In this document: piece after piece, positions 24,190-36,679 of the stretch
How positions within the stretch are numbered: the first letter of the stretch is position 1
How the letters are laid out: each line of letters starts with the position of its first letter
Assembly: GCF_018977255.1 (NCBI RefSeq)
Contig: NW_024704742.1
Location: 37,574,001 to 37,638,000, forward strand
DNA: 64,000 nucleotides
Direction: 5' to 3'
DNA from: Callorhinchus milii
Lineage: Eukaryota
Translations under genes and position numbers: made by a program
The notes under the pieces: generated by a model
What the model was told of the DNA's origin: nothing
The model's database searches: none
The model's input: the letters and a program-made list of their open reading frames with translations, nothing else

Positions 24190-27100
24190 TTCACCACCAT
24201 AACCCGTATGAAACTACCACCTGCTCCCTCGACCCCATCCCTAGCCCTCTCCTTACCTCCCAGCTCCACCTCTTTGCCCCTCTACTCACTGACATGGTAA
24301 ACCTCTCCCTGTCCACTGGTACTGTTCCCACCCCATTAAAAATCCTCCCTGGACCTTTCACCTTTCTCTATTCCCTAACTACCATCTCCAGCCTTCCTTT
24401 TCTCTCCAATGTGCTGGAACGAGTTGTTGCTTCTCAGCTTTGCTCCTTCCTCTCTCGCCACTCCCTTCTCGAACCCCTCCAATCGGGTTTCTGTGCCGCC
24501 CACAGGACAGAAACATCCCTGGTCAAAGTGACAAATAACATTCTGCACATCTGCGACCAGGGCTCCCTCTGCCTCCTCGTCCTCTCTGCTGCTTTCGACA
24601 CCTTTGACCATTCTATCCTCATCCACCGTCTCTCCTCTCACCTCAACCTCCACGGCGCTGTCCTTGACTGGTTCAGATCATACCTCTCACACCGCCTGCA
24701 CTTCATCTCCTCAAACAGCTTCTCCTCTAGCCCCCAGACCATCTTGTACGGCGTTCCTCAGGACGCTGTCCTTGGTCCCCTCCGCTTAAATATTTTATAT
24801 ACCAAGCCAGTCAGGAACCTGGGTGTCTTGTTCAACCCTCAACTGTCTTTTCTTCCCCACACCCAAGCCATGACCTGCTCTGCCTTCCCGCACCTCTGTA
24901 ACATTACCCAACTCCGCCACTACCTCACCCCTCAAGCCGCTGAAACTCTTGTTATGCCTTCATCACCTCCAGGCTCAACTATGCAAAGCCCTGCTTGTCA
25001 GCCTTCCCAACTCCTCCCTCCACAGGCTGCGGATAATCCAGAACTCTGCAGCCCATGTCCTCTCCCGCACCAAACTCCGTGACCCCATCTCCCCCATTCT
25101 CACCTGACTCCATTGGCTCCCTATCCTTCAGTGGATCCAGTTCAAGATCCTGGTCCTCACATACAAATCCCTCCATGGCCTCGCCCCACCCTACCTCTGC
25201 GACCTCCTAACCCCCTACCAACCCGCCCACTCCCTCCACTCAGCCGGCTCCAGGCTGCTCCACGTCCCCCGAACCATCCGCCCCACCATTGGCGGGAGAG
25301 TCTTCAGCCACTCTGCCCTCAACCTCTGGAATTCCATCCTCCAATCACTCCGCCTCGCCCTACTCCTTAGCCTCCTTCAAGTCCCGCCTCAAAACCCTCC
25401 TCTTCGACCATGACATCGACCCTTCGAGCCTTCCCATCCCCTCCCTTCTCCCTCCCTGACCCCAGCTCAAGTCTGAAATGCTGTACAATGTCCAGTCCTT
25501 GGGGTGTTCTCCCGACTTGAAAGGCGCTATACAAATGTAATCTTGTGGCTGTTGTTGTATATGTTCCCTCTCCGACCTACTATCCCCCTACTTACCACCT
25601 CTCCGACCTACTATCCCCCTACTTACCTGCCCGTACCCTCCGTTCCTCTGGCTCTGGACTGCTCCACATCCCCCGCCCCAACCGCCCTACCATCGGTGGC
25701 CGGGCCTTCAGCCTCTCAGCCCCGAGGCTCTGGAACTCTATCCCCCAGTGCCTTCGCCGCCTCCTCCCTTTCCTCCTTCAAGGCCGGTCTCAAGACCTTT
25801 CTCTTCGACCGTGCCTTCACCTCCCCTCTCGACTCTCTACCCCCTCCTCGCTCCCTCCTTTCCCTCCCCTCACCCTGACCATTTCCCCCCTGCTCGAGTC
25901 CCGACCCAACTGTCCAGCGCCTTGGGACGTCCTCCCGACGTGAATGGCGCTCTATAAATGCAATCTTGTTGTTGTTGTTGGTGACATCATCCGCAGACAT
26001 GGGGTCAAGTGACACAAAACTCTACCTCTCTGCCTTCACCCTTGACTCCAGGACCATTGCTGTCCTGTCAGCATGTCTGTCAGACATCAAGTTCTGGATG
26101 AGAGATAACTTTCTCCAGTTGAACGTCAAAAAGACTGAGGCTCTCCTGATTGGCTCCCGTCAGCGCCTCCTAATAATAATAATAATCCTTGCATTTGATG
26201 TAGTCCTTTTCACGTCTTCTAGACATCTCACAATGTGTCACAGAATAAACTAAAGTATATTTGTGGTCACCTCAGGCGTTGACAGCATCACCATCCATGG
26301 TTGCACACTCCACCTTGCTAAACCAGTCTGGAACTTTGGGGTCTTGTTTGACCCTCAACTATCCTTTCTACCCCACATCTGCGCCATGACCCGCTCTGCC
26401 TTCCCCCACCTCCACTACGTCGCCCGGCTCCACCACTGTCTCACACCGCAGGCCACTGAAACTCTCGTACACGCATTCATTACAACGAGGCTTGACTATG
26501 CAAACTCACTGCTTGTCGGCCTCCCCAACTCCTCCCTCCATAGGCTGCAGATCATCCAGAACTCTGCAGCCCGTGTCCTCTCCCGCACCAGGCTCCACGA
26601 CCCTATCACCCCATCCTTGCCCAGCTCCACTGGCTTCCCATCACACAGAGGATACAGTTCAAGATCCTGGTCCTCACCTTCAAAGCCCTCCACGGTCTTG
26701 CTCCCCCCTACCTATCTGACCTCCTAACCCCCTACCATCCTGTTTGCTTCCTCCGCTCAGCGGGCTCTGGCTTGCTTCACATCCCCCACCTCGTTCGCCC
26801 CACTCACTCACGCATTCAAGGCTCAAGGCGTGATTACGCGAACTCCCTCCTCATCGGCCTTCCCAACTCTTCCTTTCACAAGCTGCAGATCATCCAAAAC
26901 TCTGCAGCTCGTGTCGTCTCATGAACCAGGCTCCATGACCCCACCACTCCCACCCTCGCTCGACTCCACTGGCTCCCCATCCCCCAGAGGATCAAATTCA
27001 AGATCCTCGTCCTCACCTTTAATGGCATCCATAGCCTTGCCCCCTCCTACCTCTCTGACCTGTTGACTCACTATCAACCTGTCCGCTCCCTCCGTTCATC

Positions 27101-27690
27101 AGACTCTGGCCTGCTCCATGTTTCCCACCCGACCTGCCCTACCATCGGTGGCCGGGCTTTCAGCCTCTCTGTCCCACACTCTGGAACTCCATCCCACAGT
27201 CCCTCCGCCTCACTTCCTCCCTTGCCTCCTTCAAGGGCAGTCTCAAGACCCTTCTCTTCGATCGTGCCTTTTGTCTCCCTCCCACATCTCTACCTTCCCT
27301 CACCCCTACACCACCCCTCCCCCATGCTCGGGCCCCAATATCTGACTGTTCAGGCCTTTGGGACGTCCTCCCGACTTGAAAGGCGCTCTATAAATGTAAT
27401 TTTGTTGTTGTTGTATTGGCGGGCAGGCCTTCTGCCACTCTGCCTCCACCCTCTGGAACTCCATCCCGCAGTCCCTCGGTCTCGTTCCCTCCCTTGCCAC
27501 CTTCAAGACGCATCTCAAGACCCTCCTCTTCGACCGTACTTTCGATCTCCTTGCTTCCCCTCCTGCCCTCCACCCTCCCCGACTCCGACCCCCAGCTCGG
27601 GTCTGTAACTCTGTCTGTCCAGCACCTTGGGACGTCCTCCTGATGTGAAAAGCGCTTTACAAATGTAATTTTGTAGTTTGTTGTTGATGT
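24190..27690 (+). mobile_element. Cluster of tandem and nested L2 LINE fragments
   Basis: LPFLSNVLERVV, PLQSGF, LSAAFDT, GVPQ RT motifs; four separate (gtt)n tails near 25558, 25980, 27413 and 27685. Confidence 0.92.
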
Positions 27691-28504
27691 TGTGACTCTG
27701 GTCATTCTTCACATAGCAATGACACCAAACAGCAATTAAGTGAATGACCGATTTTAACTCGAGGATTGTCGATCAGGACACCTGATAAAAAATCACTTTT
27801 TTTTCAAATAGTGCCATAGGAACAGGCAGACAGGACCATTTGAAGAAAATCACCCCCCAACCCTACATCTGTTTCAGATCAATAAGGTAACAGTGCAGAT
27901 TAGTAATACATCTGGGAATTTCTTAATCTGCATAATGCAGTGCCTTCACTAACCAAATCATTGAAGTGACTGGTTCATTGGTTTGAAATGGTTTATTGGT
28001 CTATAATGGATTAGGCAGAAATCCAGAAAAAGGTTCAAGATCAAAGCAGCACTGCTTTGCTGAGGGCGGGGGAGGCAGGGGGGTTGTGGAGGGGGGGGGG
28101 GGGGATACTTTTATTTGGGTGAGAATGCTTCATTTTTGTTACATCACATGAAAACATTGGCGTTTTGGTTTGTGCCAATACTTTTGTTTTAAAAATGTTT
28201 GCAAGTACATTTTTTGAAAAGATTCCAGGTTTGAATGTTACCGTATTTGTGCAGCTACCATTTGTGTCCTGGAGGTGGTGCCAGGTTTCTCTTAGACTTC
28301 GCTATTCCTCCATTTGCTGATGGGTTCTAACCCTAACCCAAGGACTTCCTTGACGCAAAAAAATAGTTACTGGCATTAAGCACAACTTTTCAAAACATTG
28401 CGTTTTTCAGTATGTAAATAAATAATAAATAATCCTTGCATTTCATGTAGCAATTTGGGGGGAGGGGGAGGAGGATGTCTCAAAGAACATCACTTTAAAG
28501 TGAA

Positions 28505-29378
28505 TCCACACCTCGGGCGCTGACAGCATCACCATCCATGGTTGCACACTCCACCTTACTAAGCCAGTCCGCAACCTTGGGGTCTTATTTGACCCTCAAC
28601 TATCCTTTCTACCACATATCTGTGCCATGACCCGCTCTGCCTTCCTCCGGTTCTGCCACTGTCTCACACCACAGGCCACCGAAACCCTCACACACGCTTT
28701 CATTACATCAAAGTTCGACTCTGCAAACTCTCTGCCTGTCGGCCTCCCCAACTCCTCCCTCCATAGGCTGCAGATCACCCCGAACTCTGCAGCCCGTGTC
28801 CTCTCCCGCACCAGGCTCCGCGACCCCATCACCCCCATCCTCACCCGACTCCACTGGCTTCCCATCACACAGAGGATACAGTTCAAGATCCTGGTCCTCC
28901 CTTCAAAGCCCTCCATGGCCTTGCTCACCCCAACCTCTCTGACCTCCTAACCCCCACCATCCTGCTCACTCCCTCCGCTCAGCGGGCTCCGCCTTGCTTC
29001 GTGTCCCCCACCTCGCTCGCCCCACTATTGGCGTGTGGGCCTTCCGCCACTCTGCCCCCACCCTCTGCAATTCCATCCCCCGGTCCTTCCGTCTCGCCCA
29101 CTCCCGCGCCACCTTCAAGACCCTCCTCTTCAACCGTGCCTTCCATCGCCCTCCTTCCCCCCTCCCCCCACTGCCCCCAATGCCCTCCGCCCTCCCCGAT
29201 CCCGACCCCCGGCTCGGGTCCGAATCCCTGCGTGTCCGGCGCCTCGGGGTGGGGTGTGGGGTGAGGTGGGGGGGTGGGGATGGGGGGGGGGGGGGGCGCC
29301 CTCCCGCCGCGAAAGGCGCCGCCGCCGCACAAATGTCATATTTTGCTGAAGTCGTTGTTGTTGTTGTTGTTGCTGTTG
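28505..29378 (+). mobile_element. L2 LINE 3' portion abutting the NAAA promoter
   Basis: LHRLQI..NSAARVLSRTRLRDPITPILTRLHWLPITQRIQFKIL; (gtt)n tail ends ~29378. Confidence 0.9.
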
Positions 29379-29860
29379 AGGACGAACCAGGACCGTGAGA
29401 GGGGTTTTGAACGTCGGGGGTACCCCCCCCCCCCCCCCACTCTGTGTTGGGGACCTCCTGCCGGTGGGAGGCAATGCACTGAGTGAGGAAACCGCTCACT
29501 TGCCCCAGTGTTGGTGGTGGTGGTGGTGGTGTGGGAGAGGAGGGAGAGGCAGTGCTGACCGGTTGACCAGTTGACCGGTTGCTGCCATGTTGCACTGGTT
29601 GCTGCTGCTGCTGCTGCTGCTGTGCCTGTGCGCCCCGACCCGCGGGGACTACCCCCCGCCCCGGTTTGCCCTGAGCCTGGACACCGCGCCCGAGCAGCGC
29701 TGGGACGAGGTGCTGAAGCATTACAACCGCACGGAGCTGCGGAGGGCTTTGCGCCTTGTGATGAGGTGAGAGTGCGCAGCGAACTGCCGCACACAGCGCC
29801 CGCACCGCACCGCACCGCACCGCGCGGGGCTGAGCAGCGGGGAAGGGGCGCAGGTATCAC
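29200..29860 (+). promoter_or_regulatory. CpG-island-like promoter / first exon region of NAAA
   Basis: Sharp rise in GC and CpG around ATG 29587 (context gccATG); G-tracts. Confidence 0.75.
29587..29765 (+). CDS. NAAA: N-acylethanolamine acid amidase exon 1 (signal peptide)
   Basis: MLHWLLLLLLLLCLCAPTRGDYPPPRFALSLDTAPEQRWDEVLKHYN...; donor AG|gtgaga. Confidence 0.93.
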
Positions 29861-29976
29861 AGACCATCGGACACTGCAAATACTGAGCCCCCAATAACAC
29901 TCCCCGATTTGCCAACAGCAAAAAACATATCCTCCTGTGGGGACTCTGGAAAGTTTTATTAAACCATAATCAGCAC

Positions 29977-30397
29977 TTGTGTGTGTGTGTCTGTGTGTGT
30001 CTCTGTGTCTGTGTGTGTCTGTGTGTGTTTCTGTGTCTGTGTGTGTCTGTGTGTGTTTCTGTGTCTGTGTGTGTGTCTGTGTGTGTGTGTGTCTGTGTCT
30101 GTGTGTGTGTCTGTGTATGTGTGTGTGTGTGTGTGTCTGTGTGTGTCTGTCTGTGTGTGTTGTGTGTGTGTCTGTGTGTGTGTCTGTGTGTGTGTCTGTG
30201 TGTGTCTGTCTGTGTGTGTCTGTGTGTGTGTGTGTCTGTGTGTGTGTGTCTGTGTGTGTGTGTGTGTCTGTGTGTCTGTGTGTGTGTCTGTGTGTGTCTG
30301 TGTGTGTCTGTGTGTGTGTGTGTCTGTGTGTGTGTGTGTCTGTGTGTGTGTGTGTGTCTGTGTGTGTGTGTGTCTGTGTGTGTGTGTGTCTGTGTGT

Positions 30398-30429
<32 letters not shown>

Positions 30430-30721
30430 CTGTGTGTGTGTGTGTGTCTGTGTGTGTGTGTGTGTCTGTGTGTGTGTGTGTGTCTGTGTGTGTGTGTGTG
30501 TGTCTGTGTGTCTGTGTGTGTGTGTGTGTGTGTCTGTGTGTGTGTGTGTGTGTCTGTGTGTCTGTGTGTGTGTCTGTGTGTGTGTGTGTCTGTGTGTGTC
30601 TGTGTGTGTGTGTGTCTGTGTGTGTGTGTGTCTGTGTGTGTGTCTGTGTGTGTCTGTGTGTGTGTCTGTGTGTGTGTCTGTGTGTGTGTGTGTGTCTGTG
30701 TGTGTGTCTGTGTGTGTGTGT

Positions 30722-30753
<32 letters not shown>

Positions 30754-30769
30754 CTGTGTGTGTGTGTGT

Positions 30770-30820
<51 letters not shown>

Positions 30821-30870
30821 GTGTGTGTGTGTGTCTGTGTGTGTGTGTGTCTGTGTGTGTGTGTGTGTGT

Positions 30871-30921
<51 letters not shown>

Positions 30922-31031
30922 TGTGTGTGTGTGTGTGTGTCTGTGTGTGTGTGCGTGTGTGTGTGTGTGTCTGTGTGTGTGTGTGTATGTGTGTGTGTGT
31001 GTGTGTCTGTGTGTGTCTGTGTGTGTGTGTC

Positions 31032-31067
<36 letters not shown>

Positions 31068-31228
31068 TGTGTGTGTGTGTGTGTGTGTATGTATGTGTGT
31101 GTGTATGTATGTGTGTATGTATGTATGTATGTATGTGTGTGTGTCTGTGTGTGTGTGTATGTATGTATGTGTGTGTGTGTGTATGTATGTGTGTGTGTAT
31201 CTATCTATCTATCTATCTATCTATGTGT
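29977..31228. repeat. ~1.25 kb (TG)n/(TGTC) microsatellite grading into (TATG)n and (TATC)n
   Basis: Directly visible. Confidence 0.99.
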
Positions 31229-31349
31229 ATAAATAAAATAAAAATAAATTTTAAAAAATAAAAACATTTTAAAAAAGAAATAAAAAGTAAAAAATAAAAA
31301 ATGAATAAAAAATAAATAAGAAATTAAAAAATAAATAAAATAAATAAAT

Positions 31350-31510
31350 ACCTCCCTCCCTCCTTTGGTCCCCCCTCCTCTTCTGTCCTCTCCCCTCCTC
31401 TCCCCTCCCCTCCTCTCCCCTCCCCTCCTCTCCTCTCCTCTCCCCTCCTCTCCTCTCCTCTCCTCTCCTCTCCCCTCCCCTCCCCTCCTCTCCTCTCCTC
31501 TCCTCTCCCC
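31350..31510. repeat. Polypyrimidine (CCTCT/CCCCT)n tract following an A-rich tract (31230-31350)
   Basis: Directly visible. Confidence 0.95.
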
Positions 31511-32099
31511 TTCACAGCTGTTTTCATGAAGATCCACAATGCAGAAGGATTTAGGATTATAAAACGAAGAGCAGTTTATGCTTTCATGAAAGGGTAATCT
31601 ATAATATATACATCTACACATATATACATATATATAATTAAATGCTGGTGTAGTACTTGGCTCTAACACTGGTTTCTGACAAAGGTTCCTTTCAGAGCTG
31701 TGGTATATAAACCCGTGTAAATCCAGTTCTTTCCTCAGGAGCTCAGAGGGAGGAATCCCTGCTCCCAGTGACTGGTCTGCCTTTCCAAGTCCTGCCAACC
31801 TGTTGGGCCAATAGAAAAGTGCGTAAATATTGGCCAAAAATTGCAGGGAAATTTGAAAATGTTGCGGAAAATTGCAGGGGAATTTTGACAAGTTTTGGTA
31901 AATGGAAATTGCAGGGGAGTTGATTGGTCCCATAGTGGTATGTTTTACTGCCAACCTATATTTTTTCACTTTATTGATTAAAAACTAAACAGGAGGAAAT
32001 AACACATATTAGATTGTTGCAAAAAATATATCAATTTATTCTTTGACAAAAACTGGGTGCCCCATTTGGGGAGTGGGGTGGGCCACCTAGTTTTTGTCA

Positions 32100-32760
32100 A
32101 AGACACACACACCCACACTCACAGACACAGAGAGAAAGACACTCACACACACACATATATGGAGACACACATTCTTAGAGAGAGAGACACACACACATAG
32201 AGACACACATTCTCAGAGAGAGAGACACACACATACGCAGACACAAAGAAACATGCACGCACAGAGACAGAGGAGAGACATTATTCACACCGACACTCAC
32301 AAACACACACATAGATAGAAGAGACACACAGACACATTCAGAAACACATACATAGAGGAGAGAAAGAGACACTCACAAACACATACATAGAGGAGAGAAA
32401 GAGACACTCGCAAACACACACATACAGAGGAGAGAAAGACAAAGACGCACTCAAACAGAGCCACTCACAAACAGACACACAGACGGAGGAGAGAGACAAC
32501 TCACATAGAGACACATATACACATTCACACAGATACACTCATAAACACGCGCACATATAGAAGACATGCACACAGACACACTCACTCACACTGCGACACT
32601 CACAAACACATGCAGAGGAGAGACACACTCACACAGTCACTCACAAGCACATACAGAGGAGACACACTCACATAGACACACAAATACATACAGAGGAGAG
32701 AAACACATTCATACAGACACTCACAAACACATACCAAAAAGAGAGACACACACTCACATA
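32100..32760. repeat. CA/GA-rich low-complexity tract (resumes at 34586-34670)
   Basis: Degenerate gacacactcacaaacacatacagaggagag units. Confidence 0.9.
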
Positions 32761-34585
32761 ATAATAATAATCCTTGCATTTGATATAGCGCTTTTTCACG
32801 TCTTCTACAGCGTATACTATAAAGTGAGTTGACCATATATTTGTGGGTGAAACGCAGCAGCCAATTGCACACAGCAGTGTCCCACAAACAGTCCTGGATA
32901 GAAGTGACTAATTTTTATTGCTTTTTTTTGTGAGGGATTATTAGCAGGCATGTGGAGTAAGGAAACTTGCCGAAGGTTTCGTCCTGCCAGGAATCAAACC
33001 CAGGTCTCTCGCTTGCAAAGCGAGTGCTCTATAACAGCAACAACAAAATTACATTTATAGAGCGCCTTTCACATTGGGAGGATGTCCCAAAGTGTTGAAC
33101 AGTCAGGTGTCGGGGTCCGAATATGGGGTAGCGGTGGTGTAGGGGTAAAGGAAGACAGAGAGGTGGGAGGGAGACCAAAGGCACGATCGAAGAGAAGGGT
33201 CTTGAGGCCGGCCTTGAAGGAGGCAAGGGAGGAAGCGAGGCAAAGGGACCGTGGGATGAAGTTCCAGAGTGTGGGGGTAGAGAGGCTGAAAGCCCGGACA
33301 CCGATGGTAGGGCGGGTTGGACGGGAGACATGGAACAGGCGGAGCCCACTGAATATAGGGAGCGGGCAGGTTGGTAGGGAGTCAGCAGGTCAGAGAGGTA
33401 GGAGGGCGCAAAGCCATGGATGGCCTTAAAGGTGAGGATGAGGATCTTGAACTCAATCCTCTGGGGGATGGGGAGCCAGTGGAGTCGGGCGAGGGTGGGA
33501 GTGATGGGGTCACGAAGCCTGGTGCGTGAGAGTACACAAACTGCAGAGTTTTGGATGATCTGCAGCTTGTGAAGTGAAGAGGTGGGAAAGCCGATGAGGA
33601 GGGAATTCCCGTAGTCAAGCCTTGAGGTGACGAATGCATGGGTGAGGGTTTCAGCAGCCTGAGGGGTGAGGCAGTGGTGGAGTCTGGCAATGTTGCGGAG
33701 TGAGAGAGTGACAGTGAGAGAGAGTGAATGAGTGACAGAGTGAGTGTGTGACAGAGTGACTGATGGAGTGAGTGACAGTGAGTGAGTGACAGTGAGAGAA
33801 TGACAGTGAGAGAGTGAAAGAGTGAGTGAGTGACAGAGTGAGTAACAGGGTGAGTGACAGGGTGAGTGACAGAGTGAGCGACAGAGTGAGAGTGACAGTG
33901 TGTGACAGTGAGTGAGTGAGTGAGTGAGAGTGAGCGAGTGACAGAGTGAGTGAGTGACAGTATGTGTGTGAGTGACGGAGGGACGGAGGAAGGGAGGGAC
34001 GGAGGAAGGGAGGGACGGAGTGAGTGACTGAGAGAATGACAGTGAGAGAATGACAGAGTGCGTGGCAGTGTGTGTGTGAGTGACGGAGTGAGTGAGTGTG
34101 TGTGTGAGTGACGGAGGGAGGGAGTGACGGAGGGAGGGAGTGACGGAGGGAGGGACGGAGTGAGTGACAGTGAGAATGACAGTGAGAGAATGACAGAGTG
34201 AGAGTAAGTGAGTGAGAGTGGTGGTAGGCAGCGCTGGTCATGGCGCAGATGTAGGGGAGAAAGGACAGTTCAGGGTCAAACAAGACACTCAGGTTCCTGA
34301 CTGGCTTAGTGAGGTTGAGTGTGCAGCCGTGCTCGAGGTGCGGAGGCACCGCCGCGAGCCAATCAGGAGGGCCTCGGTCTTGCCGACGTTGAGTTGGAGA
34401 AAGTTGTCCCTCGTCCAGGACTTGATGTTGGACAGGCAGTTGGTCAGGACGCCAGTAACTGGAGTTCAGAGGAGAGGCATAGAGATAGAGTTGGGTGTCA
34501 TCCGCATACATGGGAAATTTACCCCATGTCTGCGGATGACGTCACCAAGGGGGAGCGTGCTCTAACCACTGAGCTACAGGACTCC
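32760..34585 (-). mobile_element. SINE split by an L2 insertion (33032-34556), which itself contains a GAGT/GACA repeat (~33700-34220)
   Basis: SINE head resumes at 34557 (gtgctctaaccactgagctacaggactcc); 8-bp TSD gtgctcta at 33024-33031 and 34557-34564; YADDTQLY in the L2. Confidence 0.88.
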
Positions 34586-35731
34586 TAGACACTCACAAAC
34601 ATATACAAAAGAGAGAGATACACTCACACAGACACTCACAAACACATGCAGAGGAGAGAGACACTCAGACAATCTCAACAGTGGGGCCTCCGAGTGGAGT
34701 AAAGCCCGTGTGTCCGGAGCCGCTCTGCCCACAGTTACATCGGGTAAACAGCGTGAGAGGCCCTAGCCCAGAAACTTCATTTTTAGCAGATTTATAGTGG
34801 AGGGCACTGTTTATAGTTTTCTGTGGCCCAGACGATGACTCAGCCGGTGCTGTCATCAGCAGTACCCTGGAAAATGGGGACTTGGCTGGCTCAGGAACTG
34901 CACTGTCGAGACCACCACAGAGAGTGTGTCATCTTGGAACTTGATCAGTTCCAAGGAGACACTCATACTTCCCCCTCCCCCAAGGAGAAGTCACTTGTTT
35001 TCATATGACATGGAAGAGGTCAGGTCTGTTCTCTGCACCAGCCCCACCCTTCGTGTGCCCCTCTATTCCCTTCTCTCTTGTACGGGTCAGGTTCCTCTTA
35101 AATGTGTAGCCTGCTTCAACCCCAGCTTCTGGCATTGAGTTGCAGATTCTCACCTAATCTAGCTTGGTGAGAATGTGCAACTCACTTGTCAGAAGCTGGG
35201 GTTGAAGAAAGATGCATTAATGTATTTAAGAAGAACTTGATGCAAACATTAGAAAGGGAAATAAAGAGGTATAGGAATGGTGAGGGCTTGTGTGGAGTAT
35301 AAGCATGAACTAGTTGGGCTAGATGGCCTGTTTCCGTGCCATACCATTCTGTGTAATTCTATGCAAACTAACCACTATCTGAAGCAATCATTTGTTTGCA
35401 ATCCTGAGCAACTATATCCCATATAGTTTGCACACAAAACAGTCACTGCACGTTACAGTTTACCCTGTGAAGGCCTTTGAGGTGTCCTCCCTATGTGAAA
35501 GACACTACATCAAATATAAGAATTATTCTTATTTATAATCATAGAACTTGAATCATAGGAAGACTCCATAAACTGGCATCTGCTGAAGCCAGCTACTCTA
35601 ACCTTAATTGCCCGCTTTTGTACCCCTTTTTACATTCTTCCTCTTCAAATTGTTGTAACTGTCGTTAGGTCTCAATCTCAGTAACCACTAGAGGCAGAGC
35701 ATCCCATATTCTAATAGACAATTGTCTACAT

Positions 35732-35920
35732 CAGGGTAGTTCAACTGGCGGCCGATTTCATTCCCCTCACCCCCGTTTCATCTGCCCAACTCGCTCCCTC
35801 CATAACCCGAAAATGTTATATCTTTCTGAAAGGGAAACAGAAAAATATTGCTTATGCGGCCTGTGGACATTTCTCATATAGGCCATCCGGCCCTCAGCAG
35901 TCAAAAGTTGGACCAGCCTG
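35732..35920. mobile_element. hAT-type MITE
   Basis: TIR-like cagggtagttcaact ... agttggaccagcctg with internal ggcc motifs. Confidence 0.6.
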
Positions 35921-36064
35921 GTACATGATGCATGTACACTTAAAGAAGTGACAAAGAGGGTAACCGTTTTACTACTGTACATATCTAGCCTTTTCAGGTG
36001 TGCTGTACCAGAAGTCGTAACGGGAAATTCTTTTGGAGTAAACCTATCTTTGGTTCTGTTGCAG

Positions 36065-36229
36065 TTCATTGGTTCCAGAGTGGGTCATTCCCATAATCAG
36101 CACGATTGGACCTGAGCTGGATGAATTCTTTCCATATCCCTATTCAGCAGAACTTCGAGGAGTGTGCAAAGCCATTGGAATAAGCATTGGCGAAGGAATT
36201 CTCCTGAATTTTGTCTATGAGGCTACTGC
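36065..36229 (+). CDS. NAAA: NAAA exon 2
   Basis: gcag|...|gtaagt; SLVPEWVIPIISTIGPELDEFFPYPYSAELRGVCKAIGISIGEGILLNFVYEATA. Confidence 0.95.
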
Positions 36230-36679
36230 GTAAGTCCTTTTCTTCTTCCTTTTATTTCCTACCCCTTCTCCTTTTCAATTTATTTTTAACTTTTTTTATT
36301 TTCCATTGCAAATTCCCTCTTACCCCAATGATTCTTCCTTGAAGTAATGCAAAGATATTTACTGCAATTTCTCTGCTACTTCACTCCAGCGGCCATTCTT
36401 CATATATGAGTCTACAAAGTGAGTGTCGGGCTTAACTATGTCAGCCCCACACTGTCCTTACCTGAATTCCACAGACTTGCACACAAAAAGCGGTCACTCC
36501 AAAGTGATCTTTCCCTCTCTATTTCTGACTCAGTTGGTAGCACTCCTGCCTCTGAGTCACAAGGTTGTGGATTTGAATCTCACTTCAGGATCTTGAGCTC
36601 ATAGACTAAGCTACTGCTACAGTGCACTACTGAAAGAGCAGTTCATTGTCTGGTGTCATCCTTTGGACAAGAAATTAAA

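Noticed and set aside
24294..25082. 262-aa RT-like ORF as a functional or domesticated gene
   Set aside because: Internal deletion removes the YADD motif, with frameshifts; a decayed L2.
28966..29897. Long overlapping GC-rich ORFs around NAAA exon 1
   Set aside because: Expected by-product of CpG-island composition and the L2 remnant.
29977..31261. Three ~420-aa Cys/Val ORFs
   Set aside because: Artefacts of the (TG)n microsatellite, which lacks stop codons.
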